DNA of 64,000 nt, taken from contig CAVQMO010000010.1 in NCBI GenBank assembly GCA_963713605.1, positions 576,001 to 640,000 on the forward strand, given 5' to 3'. The position numbers and the translations under genes are program-made. Below are positions 33,805 through 44,626 of the stretch, in pieces (position 1 is the stretch's first letter; every line of letters starts with the position of its first letter). This DNA comes from an uncultured Nitrososphaerales archaeon (lineage in GTDB: Archaea; Thermoproteota; Nitrososphaeria; Nitrososphaerales; Nitrososphaeraceae). The notes beneath the pieces are model-generated. The model had not been told where the DNA came from, searched no databases, and saw nothing but the letters and a program-made list of their open reading frames with translations.

Positions 33805-36800
33805 ATGAGATCTATTAACGCGTTGTTATCATCGTTAACGATTAAACTATCTAATCTGAATGATAGTAACAATTTTAGAAAAATGGGTGTTACTTTTACA
33901 ATATCCCTGATATTGCTATCAATGGTTTCGGCGTCCGATCTCGCCGGTGCTCAATTAATATCTTCTCAAGACCACTCGAATGTATTGATAGATACTTCAA
34001 AAATACATGACAAAACAATCAATCCAAAAACGGAGTGCAATGAACCAATAGGTATCAGAGAGGTATCGAGCAGACAGCATCGATAATAACATGAATGCTC
34101 AGTCAGCATTCGATAATGATGAGGGTACAGAATGGACTGAGGATAGAGTAGGTGCATACTTAGAATTCGACATTGGAGCAATTAGATCGATTTGTGATAT
34201 TAAGATCCTTTGGGACGAAGGCGATGAAAGATCGTACAATTTTGTAGTTTCAGTATCCGAAAATGGTACTAAATTTAAGGATCGAATAAGAGTCTATAAG
34301 TAGTGGAAATTCAGGCCTCCCAGAATCATACCCAATTCCAGATACGATGGCTAAGCAGATTCGACTTACAGTTTATGGAAACAGTGAAGATGAAACTGCA
34401 GCCATTAAAGAAATAAGTGTGAATGGAAGAGACGTAAGGAAGGTAGGGCAAGAGTACAAAATTTGTAAAATGCTTCCAATAGCTAAGTTCGTGGCCACTC
34501 CTAGCCAATCAGGAGATCCTCCAGAAAATGCAGCTGATGGAGATTATACGACAACTTGGTCAAACTTGGGGGAAGGTTCATTTATACAGGCAGATCTAGG
34601 TGCAATGAAATCTGTCTGCGGTGTAAGTATCGCCTGGTATAATGGAGAGAGTAGACAATATGAGTTTGAAATTTCAGTCTCTAAAGATGGAATCAACTTT
34701 GACCAGGTTTACGAAGGATTAAGCAGTGGCAAATCCATTCGGCCTCAATACTATGCTTTTTCAGATACAGATGCTAAACATGTAAGAATTACTGTGTTCG
34801 GTAACGACAAGAATAATTGGTCAGGTATTACTGAATTGTCTATAAAAGGGTTCACTCCCCCGGTACCACCCAATAAGCCTCCAGTTGCCGACTCAAAAAG
34901 TGTTTCAACCGACATGAATGTTCCTATACCGATCAAGTTATCTGGTTCAGATCCAGAAGGCTCTAAATTGACCTTCAGCATAGTCGATCTTCCTAAACAT
35001 GGTCAATTATCGTCCGTGTCAGGTGACACTGTAAAGTATACCCCAGATAAGGAATATTCAGGCTCTGATAGTTTTACATACACAGTCAAAGATAATAAAG
35101 GTACGACTAGTAGCAAAACGTTAGTTAGTATAAATATTAATAATAAGCCTCCAGTTGCCGACTCAAAAAGTGTTTCAACCGACATGAATGTTCCTATACC
35201 GATCAAGTTATCTGGTTCAGATCCAGAAGGCTCTAAATTGACCTTCAGCATAGTCGATCTTCCTAAACATGGTCAATTATCGTCCGTGTCAGGTGACACT
35301 GTAAAGTATACCCCAGATAAGGAATATTCAGGCTCTGATAGTTTTACATACACAGTCAAAGATAATAAAGGTACGACTAGTGCCAAATCAACTGTTACTA
35401 TTGATATTAAGGAAGTGCTTGAATGTAGGACGCTTAATCCAACAGTGGTAACAGCAATAGGAAGTGATGCTAATGTTCCATCCAATGTAATAGACAAGAA
35501 TCTCAACACAAGGTGGTCTAAGGACGGAACAGGCTCTTGGATTCAATTTGATTTAGGTTCAAAAGCTAAAATTTGTAGCGTCGATATTGCATGGTATAGA
35601 GGGGACGTGAGGCAAAATGCTTTCACGATATCTGTCTCTGATGATGGATCCATCTTTAAGGAAGTATTTGAGGGAAAAAGCATCAGTAGGGCCACAAGTT
35701 TTGAGAAATACAATTTACCTTCAAGCAGTGAAGGACAGTTTGTAAGAATTACCGTAAATGGTAATTCTGAGAATAACTGGGTTAGTATATCGGAGATAGC
35801 AATGTTTGGAGCCAGAAGTGAACCGGAACCTGCGTCAACCTCCATCACCACCTCCAAGTCAACCTCCATCACCACCTCCAAGTCAACCTCCATCACCACC
35901 TCCAAGTCAACCTCCATCACCACCTCCAAGTCAACCTCCATCACCACCTCCAAGTCAACCTCCATCACCACCTCCAAGTCAACCTCCATCACCACCTCCA
36001 AGTCAACCTCCATCACCACCTCCAAGTCAACCTCCATCACCACCTCCAAGTCAACCTCCTCCAACCGGCGGAGACGCGGGTGGCCTTGACAAATTTGGAA
36101 TAAAGAAGATCTATTCCTCTAAGCCGAACGGTGAGCAATGGATCATGAATATGCAAGACCCACAAAATGATCCTAGGTCAAAACCTCCCGAAATGACCAA
36201 GAATGCTGATGGTTCGTGGAGAATCACTAGTGGCCAAGTGAGATACGGGGTATATACTTCATCAGGATATCATCCAGATCAAGTTGTCAAAGATCATTCA
36301 GTTTTGGCAACAAGAGGATATATGCAATCTCCAAATGATTGGAAGAATATCGAGATGACAGGACAGGTCAAGTACAATTCAGGCGGTGACGATGAATGGA
36401 CATGGTACGCAAGAGGAGGAAGACACACGGGAAGCGGAAACCCGGAAGGCTGCGAGGGTGTAGCATACAAAGGTTCATTAGCATACACTGGTGGACAGGT
36501 GAGATGGGCCAAAGAACAGTGGCATGTAAGCTACGTTTACCAACCTTGGAAAGATTCACCTGCAGATGGTAACGGAAAATTTGTCGGGTTCAAAGTGGTC
36601 ATGTATAATATGCAATTGAATGGAAAAACGGTCGTAAAACTCGAAACATATGTTGACCCTAATAACAACAATCAGTGGCAGAAGGTGTATGATTTTATAG
36701 ATCAGGGAGGATGGGGAAATGAAGGAGGAGAATGTAACGGAGAGCCTGATCAGATCGTTACCTGGGGCGGTCCAGCGAGCATCATTTAGATGGGATGATG

Positions 36801-36859
36801 GGAATAGCATAGACATAAAGAACTTGAGTGTTAGGGAGATCGTTCCTCCGGTAAAGTAA
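33805..36859 (+). CDS. Large secreted modular protein: 3 discoidin (F5/8-C) domains, 2 Ig/cadherin-like repeats, Pro-rich linker, C-terminal beta-rich domain (frameshifts at ~34074, 34293, ~35830, 36778)
   Basis: Signal peptide; three A(F/A)D...TxW...W/FIQxDLG...IAWYxG...VRITVxGN...W..IxE modules; two NKPPVADS...GSDPEG...YTP...GSDSFTYTVKD repeats; (QPPSPPPS)n; DKFGIKKIY...WKNIEMTG...NLSVREI domain. Confidence 0.82.
34872..35381 (+). repeat. Perfect 240-bp direct duplication (34872-35111 and 35142-35381, period 270)
   Basis: The two copies match base for base on reading; each encodes one Ig/cadherin-like domain. Confidence 0.95.
35834..36059 (+). repeat. 24-bp perfect tandem repeat GTCAACCTCCATCACCACCTCCAA, 9 full copies plus a 10-nt partial
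   Basis: Counted directly; encodes QPPSPPPS (or STSITTSK in the adjacent frame). Confidence 0.97.
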
Positions 36860-37157
36860 CGGTAGTAGTAATCAGAATATAATAATATTCGAAATGATGA
36901 AAAAGAAGCCAAGGAGGAACAGTTTTTTATTCATTGGATCAACGGGGGTTCTTGGAAGATACGGAATACATTAAATCAGAATCGCTAACCAAACGAAATC
37001 GCTAGCGTATAAGGTTCATACGTTTAACGTTCGTTCATAAAATTCTCTCAAAGATTAGAATCCTCTTGTTCTTGGATGTTACTGTAATATGCAAGAAAAG
37101 AAAAACAACTACACTTATCAATAAAGCATATCACTATCCGCCATAATCAAATTATAT

Positions 37158-38162
37158 CTAGGTGTTTGATTTTGTTACAATATCTTGTTCGGCGGGAAGC
37201 ACCCTCTGATCTGCGGCCGCCCGAATGACTATCTCTTCATAATACCTAATTACAGTAATTTCCTTAATTTCAGGCACCTTCACCTTTTTGTGCTCAACCA
37301 TATCTATTAGCATCATTGGAAAGTTTGCACCCGCCAGTGTTGTAAAAATTGTTCCGCCACCCATTCTCGGATTAATTTCTACGAGCTTCACAATCCCATT
37401 CACATCCTCTTTCATTTGAATGCAACAAGGACCTCTGATCCCTATAAAATCGGCTATTTGCTTACATTCTTCTTCGATTTTCCTATTTTTCAAGATCCTT
37501 CCCTTTGTGGATATTCCTGCTTTAGTTTGGATTCTTATTCTAGGAACAGCCATCATTGCTCTCTTATCTAAATCAGATAAGACATCTATAGTATATTCCG
37601 TACCAGGAAGAAATTCCTGAAATATCAAATCTTTCATCTTGGAAGTGACATACCCTATATCATCACTGTTGTCTAGTCGCATAATATCTCTACTACCTTT
37701 TCCATATCTCGGTTTTGCCATGATAGGAAAAGCACCAATCTCGGTCGGATCTGTGGTAGTAAAAGGAAGGTCGAATTTGCCTTTTAGTCTCTCATACGTT
37801 AGCATCTTATCCTTACATGTTACAAGGCTATCCATGTCGCTGACCACAGGAAACGCTCCTCTTTTTATCAACTGTTCTTTAAATTCACTATATGGATAAA
37901 TATCAAATCCTGATGTAGGTAATAGTAAGTTAACTCCGTACTTCTCGACTATCTCATTTAGCCTATCTATAAAAGAATGATTGTCAGCCTCAGGTATCAC
38001 CTCGTTAACTTCACACATGAAAAAACCTGGGGACAGATAACTTGAATCAGTGGCTACTATTTTCCCCTGAAAGCCCCCCATTCTCAGCGATTTTATTGCA
38101 TTGATGCCCGCAGGAGCAGCTGCTCCAGGAACTAAAATCGTGGACACCTTTTTATTCGACAA
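37158..38162 (-). CDS. ATP-grasp ligase (CarB/PylC-like) no. 1
   Basis: ILVPGAAAPAG N-domain, CKDK, AKPRYGKGS, QEFLPGTEYTID, EINPRMGG. Confidence 0.85.
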   Translation of the reverse strand: MSNKKVSTILVPGAAAPAGINAIKSLRMGGFQGKIVATDSSYLSPGFFMCEVNEVIPEADNHSFIDRLNEIVEKYGVNLLLPTSGFDIYPYSEFKEQLIKRGAFPVVSDMDSLVTCKDKMLTYERLKGKFDLPFTTTDPTEIGAFPIMAKPRYGKGSRDIMRLDNSDDIGYVTSKMKDLIFQEFLPGTEYTIDVLSDLDKRAMMAVPRIRIQTKAGISTKGRILKNRKIEEECKQIADFIGIRGPCCIQMKEDVNGIVKLVEINPRMGGGTIFTTLAGANFPMMLIDMVEHKKVKVPEIKEITVIRYYEEIVIRAAADQRVLPAEQDIVTKSNT

Positions 38163-38261
38163 ATGGACAACCAGGGCTGTCTAAATGACATTCATTTGCT
38201 TCTTATAAAGATTTGGAGCGCTCGAAAGGCATTAATAAAAATCTAGCGAATGTAATTTGGA

Positions 38262-38891
38262 TTGTTAAATATTAAGGAAGACTTTCACGTCCATACAAGT
38301 TATAACGATCATTCTGCCCCTGATCTGAATGTTGTATCAGCTGCTAAGTATGCTGAATCAATTGGCTTAAGGACGCTGGCATTCACAGAACATGTCAGGA
38401 GAGAATCGAATTGGATCGATAGCTATGTGAATGAAATTGAAACGAACAATACTAAACCCAATCTAAAATTAATCACAGGTTTTGAAGCAAAGATTCTTAG
38501 AGACGGATCGATTGACTGTCCTCCGAAGTATAGCGCAGATTACTTTGTTATTGCTAGTTTCCATACCATTTACGGTAACAAAGAAATTTGGATGAATGCC
38601 ATTAAAAATGCAATTCAGAATCCTGACGTTGATGTGATTGGACATTTGGCTCCAGAACCGACTTTTAGTTTGGATAAAGACGAATTAATAGAAATATGCC
38701 AGCTACTCAAAGACCATGGTAAAATAGTTGAATTAAATGCGAAATATAATAGACCCCCTATGGACTGGGTCCTCAAATTCAAAAAATACAATGTAGAGTT
38801 TCATCTAGGTAGCGATGCTCATTCATTGAACGAAATTGGAGAATTTAATAGAATTCTTAAATTAGTTGAGGCTGTTGGTGCTAACTCCTAG
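38262..38891 (+). CDS. PHP-family metal-dependent phosphoesterase
   Basis: DFHVHT, FTEH, GFEA, ASFH, IGH, ELN, GSDAH. Confidence 0.88.
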   Translation: MLNIKEDFHVHTSYNDHSAPDLNVVSAAKYAESIGLRTLAFTEHVRRESNWIDSYVNEIETNNTKPNLKLITGFEAKILRDGSIDCPPKYSADYFVIASFHTIYGNKEIWMNAIKNAIQNPDVDVIGHLAPEPTFSLDKDELIEICQLLKDHGKIVELNAKYNRPPMDWVLKFKKYNVEFHLGSDAHSLNEIGEFNRILKLVEAVGANS

Positions 38892-39029
38892 ATAATCGTT
38901 ATTCAATGAGAAAAAGCTGTAGTGTTTAACTTGCAGAGGATGATGTCTATTCTCCATAAAGCGGCATACTAAATGACAAATCCTGGAAATTTATATAGTG
39001 GAGCTTAGTTGATAGTCTGTTAATACTCA

Positions 39030-40716
39030 ATGTGTGCTGAAGCATCTCTAGGTCCAACCACACAATGCATCAGATCCCTTTTTTCTCAATATGAAAGAGT
39101 TAACAACTCCATACTTTCAGATTATATTTCGTCCATTCCCGAAAGCTTGTCCGATGCAGTTAAAAGGGTACGAGAGCATTTAACAGTTACTAATACAGAG
39201 GATATTTTATCTAACCGCCGAAAGCTGGCTAAGCATATCGCTGCCTTTCATGGCCAAGCTGGTACTGATTTTCCAGCCGTAGACCAAAACAGAATGAATA
39301 TTCAAGATCCATCAGCACAGATTTTAGTATCGATACATCAACCAAATCTTTTTGCTTATGGTGGAGTATTTAAGAAGATAGTTCTTCTGCAAACTATCAA
39401 ATCGATGCTTGAAAAAGGGAATGGTGCATCGGATACCAAAACCAGATTCGTCAATTTGTTTTTGATAGTTGATCATGATTTTATGGATGACGTATGGGTA
39501 AGAGTCGCTCAGCTGCCAAGCGTAAGACATTCGGATGGTGTTCTAGAGCTAAGAATGCCTATCACAGCTTCGAACAGATGGAAATTGGTTCGAAATATGG
39601 AAGTTCCCCCTGTAGCAATCGTTGACCATTGGAGAAAACAGGTGGCCTCTTGGATTAAGAATGGATCCCTTACTTTAGGTCTTGAGAAAGATGAAAGACT
39701 AGCACTTTTTGGGAACTTGGAACAATTTTGGAAAGAAGTGGACGAATCATACAATAGGGCAAGATCGTATGCCGATCTCAATTCTTTCATTATGTCAAGA
39801 GTGGTCAATAAGTTGTGGGGATACAACACATTATTCGTCCGATTATCAGATATTTCAGAAGTTTTCGAAGGAGGGTTTAATTTTCTGCTCAATAATTTTA
39901 GAAAATATTCAGAAATATTGAGTGAGAGTGATATGATGTTTCTGCGTAGTGGTATTAATACGGGTGTTAGTCAACGAACTTATCTTAATGCCCCAGTTTG
40001 GCTGCATTGTAAATGTGGAAGTAAGGCGTCGGTTAAATTGATTGAAACTGAAAGGGGTATCTTTGACTTGTCCGGAACCTGTATGTCGTGTAAGAGACCA
40101 CTTACCGTAAGGCTCGACGGATCTGACTCCCGCCGTATACCAAGTAGTATACTAAATGAACTGTCTCCGAGAGCTATCCCGATCCTCTTATTACTTTCCA
40201 GAGATTTAGGTCTATGCTGCCTACGCGTCCGGCACAGGTGGCAGCATGGGCTACACAATGGTTGGACGAATGGTATTCAAAGAATTTTCTATAAAGATGC
40301 CCGTCACTGTCGTTTGGGCATCAGAGGACGTCTACTCAGGACTGGGCCAAACAGAAGCACTCCAATCATTAAAATTTAAAAATTCATCAGAGGTTATCAA
40401 ATATGCTGAGCAACTTAGAAATCTTCTTTCCAACTTCAACGCAAAGATAGCCCCGTTGTTGTCTAAAAGAGCAGAGTTGACTAATGATGGACAGGACATC
40501 CAAGATACCCTAAACGAACTAGCTGTCTTGAAGCAAGAACAAAGGAATACAAGGCAGTTATTGAAAATTAGTGACAAAGTAATAAAAGCCTCTACCCTCA
40601 AGCCGTGTATAGTCGACTACGCAATAAATTTCGGATTAAAAGACACCGAAAATTTATGGAGAAATAAGCTGATTCAGAACGACGACCTGGCAGCGCCCAT
40701 TACGATGCTTAGATAG
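39030..40716 (+). CDS. BshC-like putative ligase with Zn-ribbon insert and C-terminal coiled coil (frameshift at ~40220)
   Basis: VSIHQPNLFAYGGVFKK and VNLFLIVDHDF align by eye to BshC motifs (TGQQxGLFxGPLYxxxK; VPVFWxAxEDHDF). Also LHCKCG...CMSC, ASGTGGSMGY and a long heptad helix. Confidence 0.6.
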
Positions 40717-40891
40717 CTTTTAGTAGGGACAGAGATCCAACAAATTGATCATATTTTTGGTTAATTTGCTTCAATGCACATTATTTATAGCAGACTCACA
40801 AACAGTCATACTAACATTTTTCGACATAAACACCGATATCAATGAAGGAATTGACTTCTCGACCAACTCATTAACTGCTTGAGGAAGGGGA

Positions 40892-42058
40892 TTGGAGAAA
40901 TTTTCAATGAAAAGAAATGCAACTGTATTAGTTACTGCCGCCGGTGGAATTGTAGGTCAAGGGATCATGAAGTCTCTACGATTAGCAACTAGTTCATCTT
41001 TTTCTCCAAATAGTTATCGAATCCTCGCTGTTGATTCCAGTCCTCTAGCTGCCGGTCTTTACAGATCGGATATCGGTCTAGTCGTCCCAAAGGCATCCGA
41101 TCCAGAGTATATTAATTCAATCATCACGCATCTAAAGAACTATTATGTTGATGCACTGTTCGTGGGCTCGGATGAAGAATTAATGGCTATCGCTACCGCA
41201 AAGAAGAGAATCGAAAGGGAATCTCCAGCCAAGGTGCTAGTCTCCGACGTGGATGTTATAAAAATTGCACGCGACAAATGGGAAACCTACAAGTTTCTGA
41301 AGACTAATAATCTGAGCTGTGCCGAGTCGTGTCTCCCTGAGGAAAAGGATGAATTTACTGAAGAGTTCGGATTCCCTCTGGTGGTCAAACCACGAGAGGG
41401 TTTCGGTTCAGTCAAATTCTATGTCACCAAATCTACTGATGAGTTGGAATATGCACTCACTCAAATTCAGGATTATGGTTGGAAGCCGATGCTTCAAGAA
41501 TATTTGCCAGGTCCAGATGACGAATTTACATCTGGAGTAACAGTTGACAAGAACGGCACATACACCATGTCATCTATCGCGATTAGGAAGTATTTGAAAG
41601 GCGGGCAAACTTACAAGGCGTTTATTGACGACTATCCAATAGTTAGTTTGTCAGCTGAAAATGTGGCAGAAAAATTAGGAGTGACAGGGGCAGTGAATAT
41701 ACAATCTAAGTATGTTCCAAATTATGAAACAACAAGTTCTTCAAAGACTGCTGTAGAATTTGAGCCCAGAAACCTTAATGAATCCATGCAAAATGGAAGA
41801 ATGAAGATATTTGAGATTAACCCCCGCTTCTCGGCTACATGTCCACTTCGTTCATATGCCGGCATTAATGAACCTGATATTGTATTTAGGAACGCCGTGT
41901 TCGATGAGAGAATAGAGAAAGTTAGCAATAGTAGGAGACTTGTCTGTATGAGGTATTGGAATGAAGTTTATGTGGATCTTGCCGCATATGAAAAATTGAA
42001 AAATGTTGGCTCGGTCAAAGAAGGATTAGAAAATTCTAGTATCCCTGATTACTTCTAG
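40892..42058 (+). CDS. ATP-grasp ligase (CarB/PylC-like) no. 2
   Basis: VLVTAAGGIVGQG, GSDEEL, ARDKW, VKPREGFGS, QEYLPG, FEINPRFS. Confidence 0.85.
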   Translation: MEKFSMKRNATVLVTAAGGIVGQGIMKSLRLATSSSFSPNSYRILAVDSSPLAAGLYRSDIGLVVPKASDPEYINSIITHLKNYYVDALFVGSDEELMAIATAKKRIERESPAKVLVSDVDVIKIARDKWETYKFLKTNNLSCAESCLPEEKDEFTEEFGFPLVVKPREGFGSVKFYVTKSTDELEYALTQIQDYGWKPMLQEYLPGPDDEFTSGVTVDKNGTYTMSSIAIRKYLKGGQTYKAFIDDYPIVSLSAENVAEKLGVTGAVNIQSKYVPNYETTSSSKTAVEFEPRNLNESMQNGRMKIFEINPRFSATCPLRSYAGINEPDIVFRNAVFDERIEKVSNSRRLVCMRYWNEVYVDLAAYEKLKNVGSVKEGLENSSIPDYF

Positions 42059-42220
42059 CTTCAAATGCTTAGCATGATTCAAAAGCACCGGTGACCACTC
42101 AGATTGTACTAAAAAATTTGAATTATTACTGTGATAGTAGGTTCCATAAGGAATGTCTTATTCATTAAATAAGTCAGACCTACGAGACAGAAAATCTTCC
42201 CTAATCCTATCCATTTGAGA

Positions 42221-43532
42221 TCAGGTGCTACTAATGCTGTCTTTGTGACTATTAATTACGGATGAGACGTAATCGATAGAACTAGTTCTTCCTGTCCTGC
42301 GACTAGGCTGTATGTTTGCAGTTTGTGATGCTCGTGATAATCTATATCTCTTGTATTCTTCATCTACTTCCATTGATGCCTTTAATATTCTGCTCCTCGT
42401 AGCAACAGATTTTGAAGATTGTAGAAACATTTTGGTATCTTTTGGCAGACAGTGTCCTCCTATGCCATCCCTGGGCTCGAGTATTTCTACATTCCATTTG
42501 GTATTTAGGGCTTCACGCAATTCTGGGAAGTTTATGCTATTAGCTTGACAGTAGAGGTAGATATCCTCTGCAAAGGCTATTTGAAGATATCTGTGTGCAT
42601 TTTCAGCTATCTTTGTTATTTCAGCAATTTCTACATCAGAAACAGGATGTAATGGTATTCCTAGATTAAGAGGAGTGTAATTGATGTCATTATTTTTGCC
42701 AGCTGAGGAATAGGAAGAAGAGAAGAAGAAGAAGAAGTAGAAGTAGAAGTAGAAGTAGAAGAAGTATTCATAGTTGTAGGGGAAGAAGGAGTAAAGGAAG
42801 AAGTAGTAATAGCATCGTCCATAGTCGAGGGAGTGATTTCGATGCTGGTATCGCCCATGAGGATGCTGTTATTGTTATTATCAATACCATGGCCATTACC
42901 AATACCATTACCATTGCCATTTGCCATTACCATTATTACCATTGCCAATATTGATTTTGTTGTTGTTGTTGCTGTTGCTGTTGTTTATGTCGTTGTTAAC
43001 ATTAATTTGGCCGTAGAACTGTACAGCTGCTTTAAGACAACAATCACACACTCCTCCAACTACACGCAACTGGTTAACTCCGTGTTCTTTTTCTTCTAAA
43101 GCATACCATCTATGAGGTATGTGTGCAACATGTAATCTATGGCTTAGCATCTCAAATACCTTCTTAGATGTTCCTCTTGGAATAGTGCTTTCTATTGAGA
43201 CAAGTGCACCATTTTTGGCTTCCTTTGCAATTTTCTCTTGTACAATAGAGAATAAACCATCTATCTGAGGCGTAAACATATCGTCTGGCATGTGTGTAGA
43301 GATGCAAATAATGTATACATCAAATTCACTGAAACTATCCGCTTTCTTTATAGCAGACTATCTTTTCTGCACGCTGCATTGCTTTTTGACTAATATCATA
43401 TCCGTATACATCAAATCCTCTCTCCTTCACATATTTGGCTACCGGAAGGCCAAGCTGGCCCAAACCTATTATAAGAACCTTGTCGGCTAAAGCATGAGTA
43501 TTCGCTCTTAGGTCAACTTCTGCGACCACCAT
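42221..43532 (-). CDS. NDP-sugar 6-dehydrogenase (WecC/Ugd family) with low-complexity insert, lacking the C-terminal domain
   Basis: GLGQLG Rossmann motif, IESTIPRGT, AEITKIAENAHRYLQIAFAE, catalytic GGHCLPKD. Frameshift at ~43357 plus two compensating indels inside the simple repeats. Confidence 0.82.
42700..43005 (-). repeat. Low-complexity microsatellite-like tract inside the dehydrogenase
   Basis: Runs of GAA/GAAGTA, CCATTA/CCATTG and GTT on the + strand, encoding poly-Asn, (NG)n and (ST)n/poly-Ser. Confidence 0.9.
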
Positions 43533-43724
43533 ATCAGACTACTCAACTGCCTATGATTATTAAAGAATTAAGAAACATTAGAAGTAAATTTAATCAGTGT
43601 CAAAACTTACCTTTTATTCATATATTTCAACGAAGCCACACGCTAGAATCAACGCCAATTTAGGTGAGAGGACACAATCCCAGGAAAATTTATACTGTCG
43701 GCAACTCTAAGAACTAGCTGCAGT

Positions 43725-44333
43725 TTGCTCAACCGATTGAGGGGTCAGATCGAACCTCTTTTGCTCAATATTGGAGAGGCGTTCTCCAAGATAAATCCCT
43801 CTCCTAACTTTTGGACGGGATTGAGTCTGATTACTTCTGTCATTGCGGCGGCAATTTATGGGAGTGCATCTGTGCTAGACCATCAATATTCTTATTATTT
43901 TTCTCTAGGAGGCGGAATATTCCTGATTATTTCAGGATTCTTTGACATGGTGGATGGGAGTGTTGCTCGCTTAACCAAAAAGACCTCCAAGAAGGGATCT
44001 TTCCTGGATTCAATGTATGATAAGATTTCAGAATCGATTGTTTATATAGGAATTGCAGTGGGAACCCTTGCTAACCCAATAACGTGCATGATCGCAATAT
44101 CACTCTCGCTTTTAGTAAGCTATGTTCGGGCGCGTTCAGAATCGCTTGGGGTTTCACTACAAGGGATTGGTATCGGTGAGAGAGCAGAAAGGCTTTTGTT
44201 ACTCGCCATTATTGGAATGCTGCCGCTATACGGATTTTCACAGTGGGCAATCATAATCGTATCGATAGTAGCCGGCTTTACATTAGTTCAGAGAGTATTG
44301 GAGGTAAACAAGCAACTATCACCGACGGGTTGA
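43725..44333 (+). CDS. CDP-alcohol phosphatidyltransferase (archaetidylinositol phosphate synthase-like)
   Basis: DMVDGSVAR...GSFLDSMYD signature, SYVRAR, GIGERAER. Confidence 0.9.
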   Translation: MLNRLRGQIEPLLLNIGEAFSKINPSPNFWTGLSLITSVIAAAIYGSASVLDHQYSYYFSLGGGIFLIISGFFDMVDGSVARLTKKTSKKGSFLDSMYDKISESIVYIGIAVGTLANPITCMIAISLSLLVSYVRARSESLGVSLQGIGIGERAERLLLLAIIGMLPLYGFSQWAIIIVSIVAGFTLVQRVLEVNKQLSPTG

Positions 44334-44338
44334 AGTAA

Positions 44339-44626
44339 TTATCTTAATCTACCTGTACTCCTTCTTTCACTTTCAGATCTGACTTTTACAACTCCTCGAT
44401 GGACTGCGCAGGAGACACAATAGAATTTAACATCCGACGAAGGGGCGATATAAGCACCCTGGGCTTTTAACTCCTTTGCGAGAGTAGGTTCTACGAGGGT
44501 TACCCGACCAGTTACCTTCTTTGCCTTATCCCTAGGAACCATCGCCCCGCACTGACTACAATGCACCGTACCTGAACTTCCTTTTCCTCCCTTTGTTCTG
44601 CCCCTACTTGCCCTTTTCTTTGGCAT
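44339..44626 (-). CDS. rps26e: 30S ribosomal protein S26e
   Basis: MPKKRASRGR, CSQCGAMVPRDKAKK, YCVSCAVH. Confidence 0.95.
   Translation of the reverse strand: MPKKRASRGRTKGGKGSSGTVHCSQCGAMVPRDKAKKVTGRVTLVEPTLAKELKAQGAYIAPSSDVKFYCVSCAVHRGVVKVRSESERRSTGRLR

Noticed and set aside
35834..36059. Possible CRISPR array
   Set aside because: Units are contiguous with no unique spacers, lie in a coding linker, and no cas genes are present.
35543..36064. Minus-strand (MEVDLEVV)n ORF
   Set aside because: Antisense shadow of the tandem repeat.
42661..43005. Intein or archaeal intron in the dehydrogenase
   Set aside because: No Cys/Ser...His-Asn intein termini and no evident bulge-helix-bulge; simple-repeat expansion explains it.
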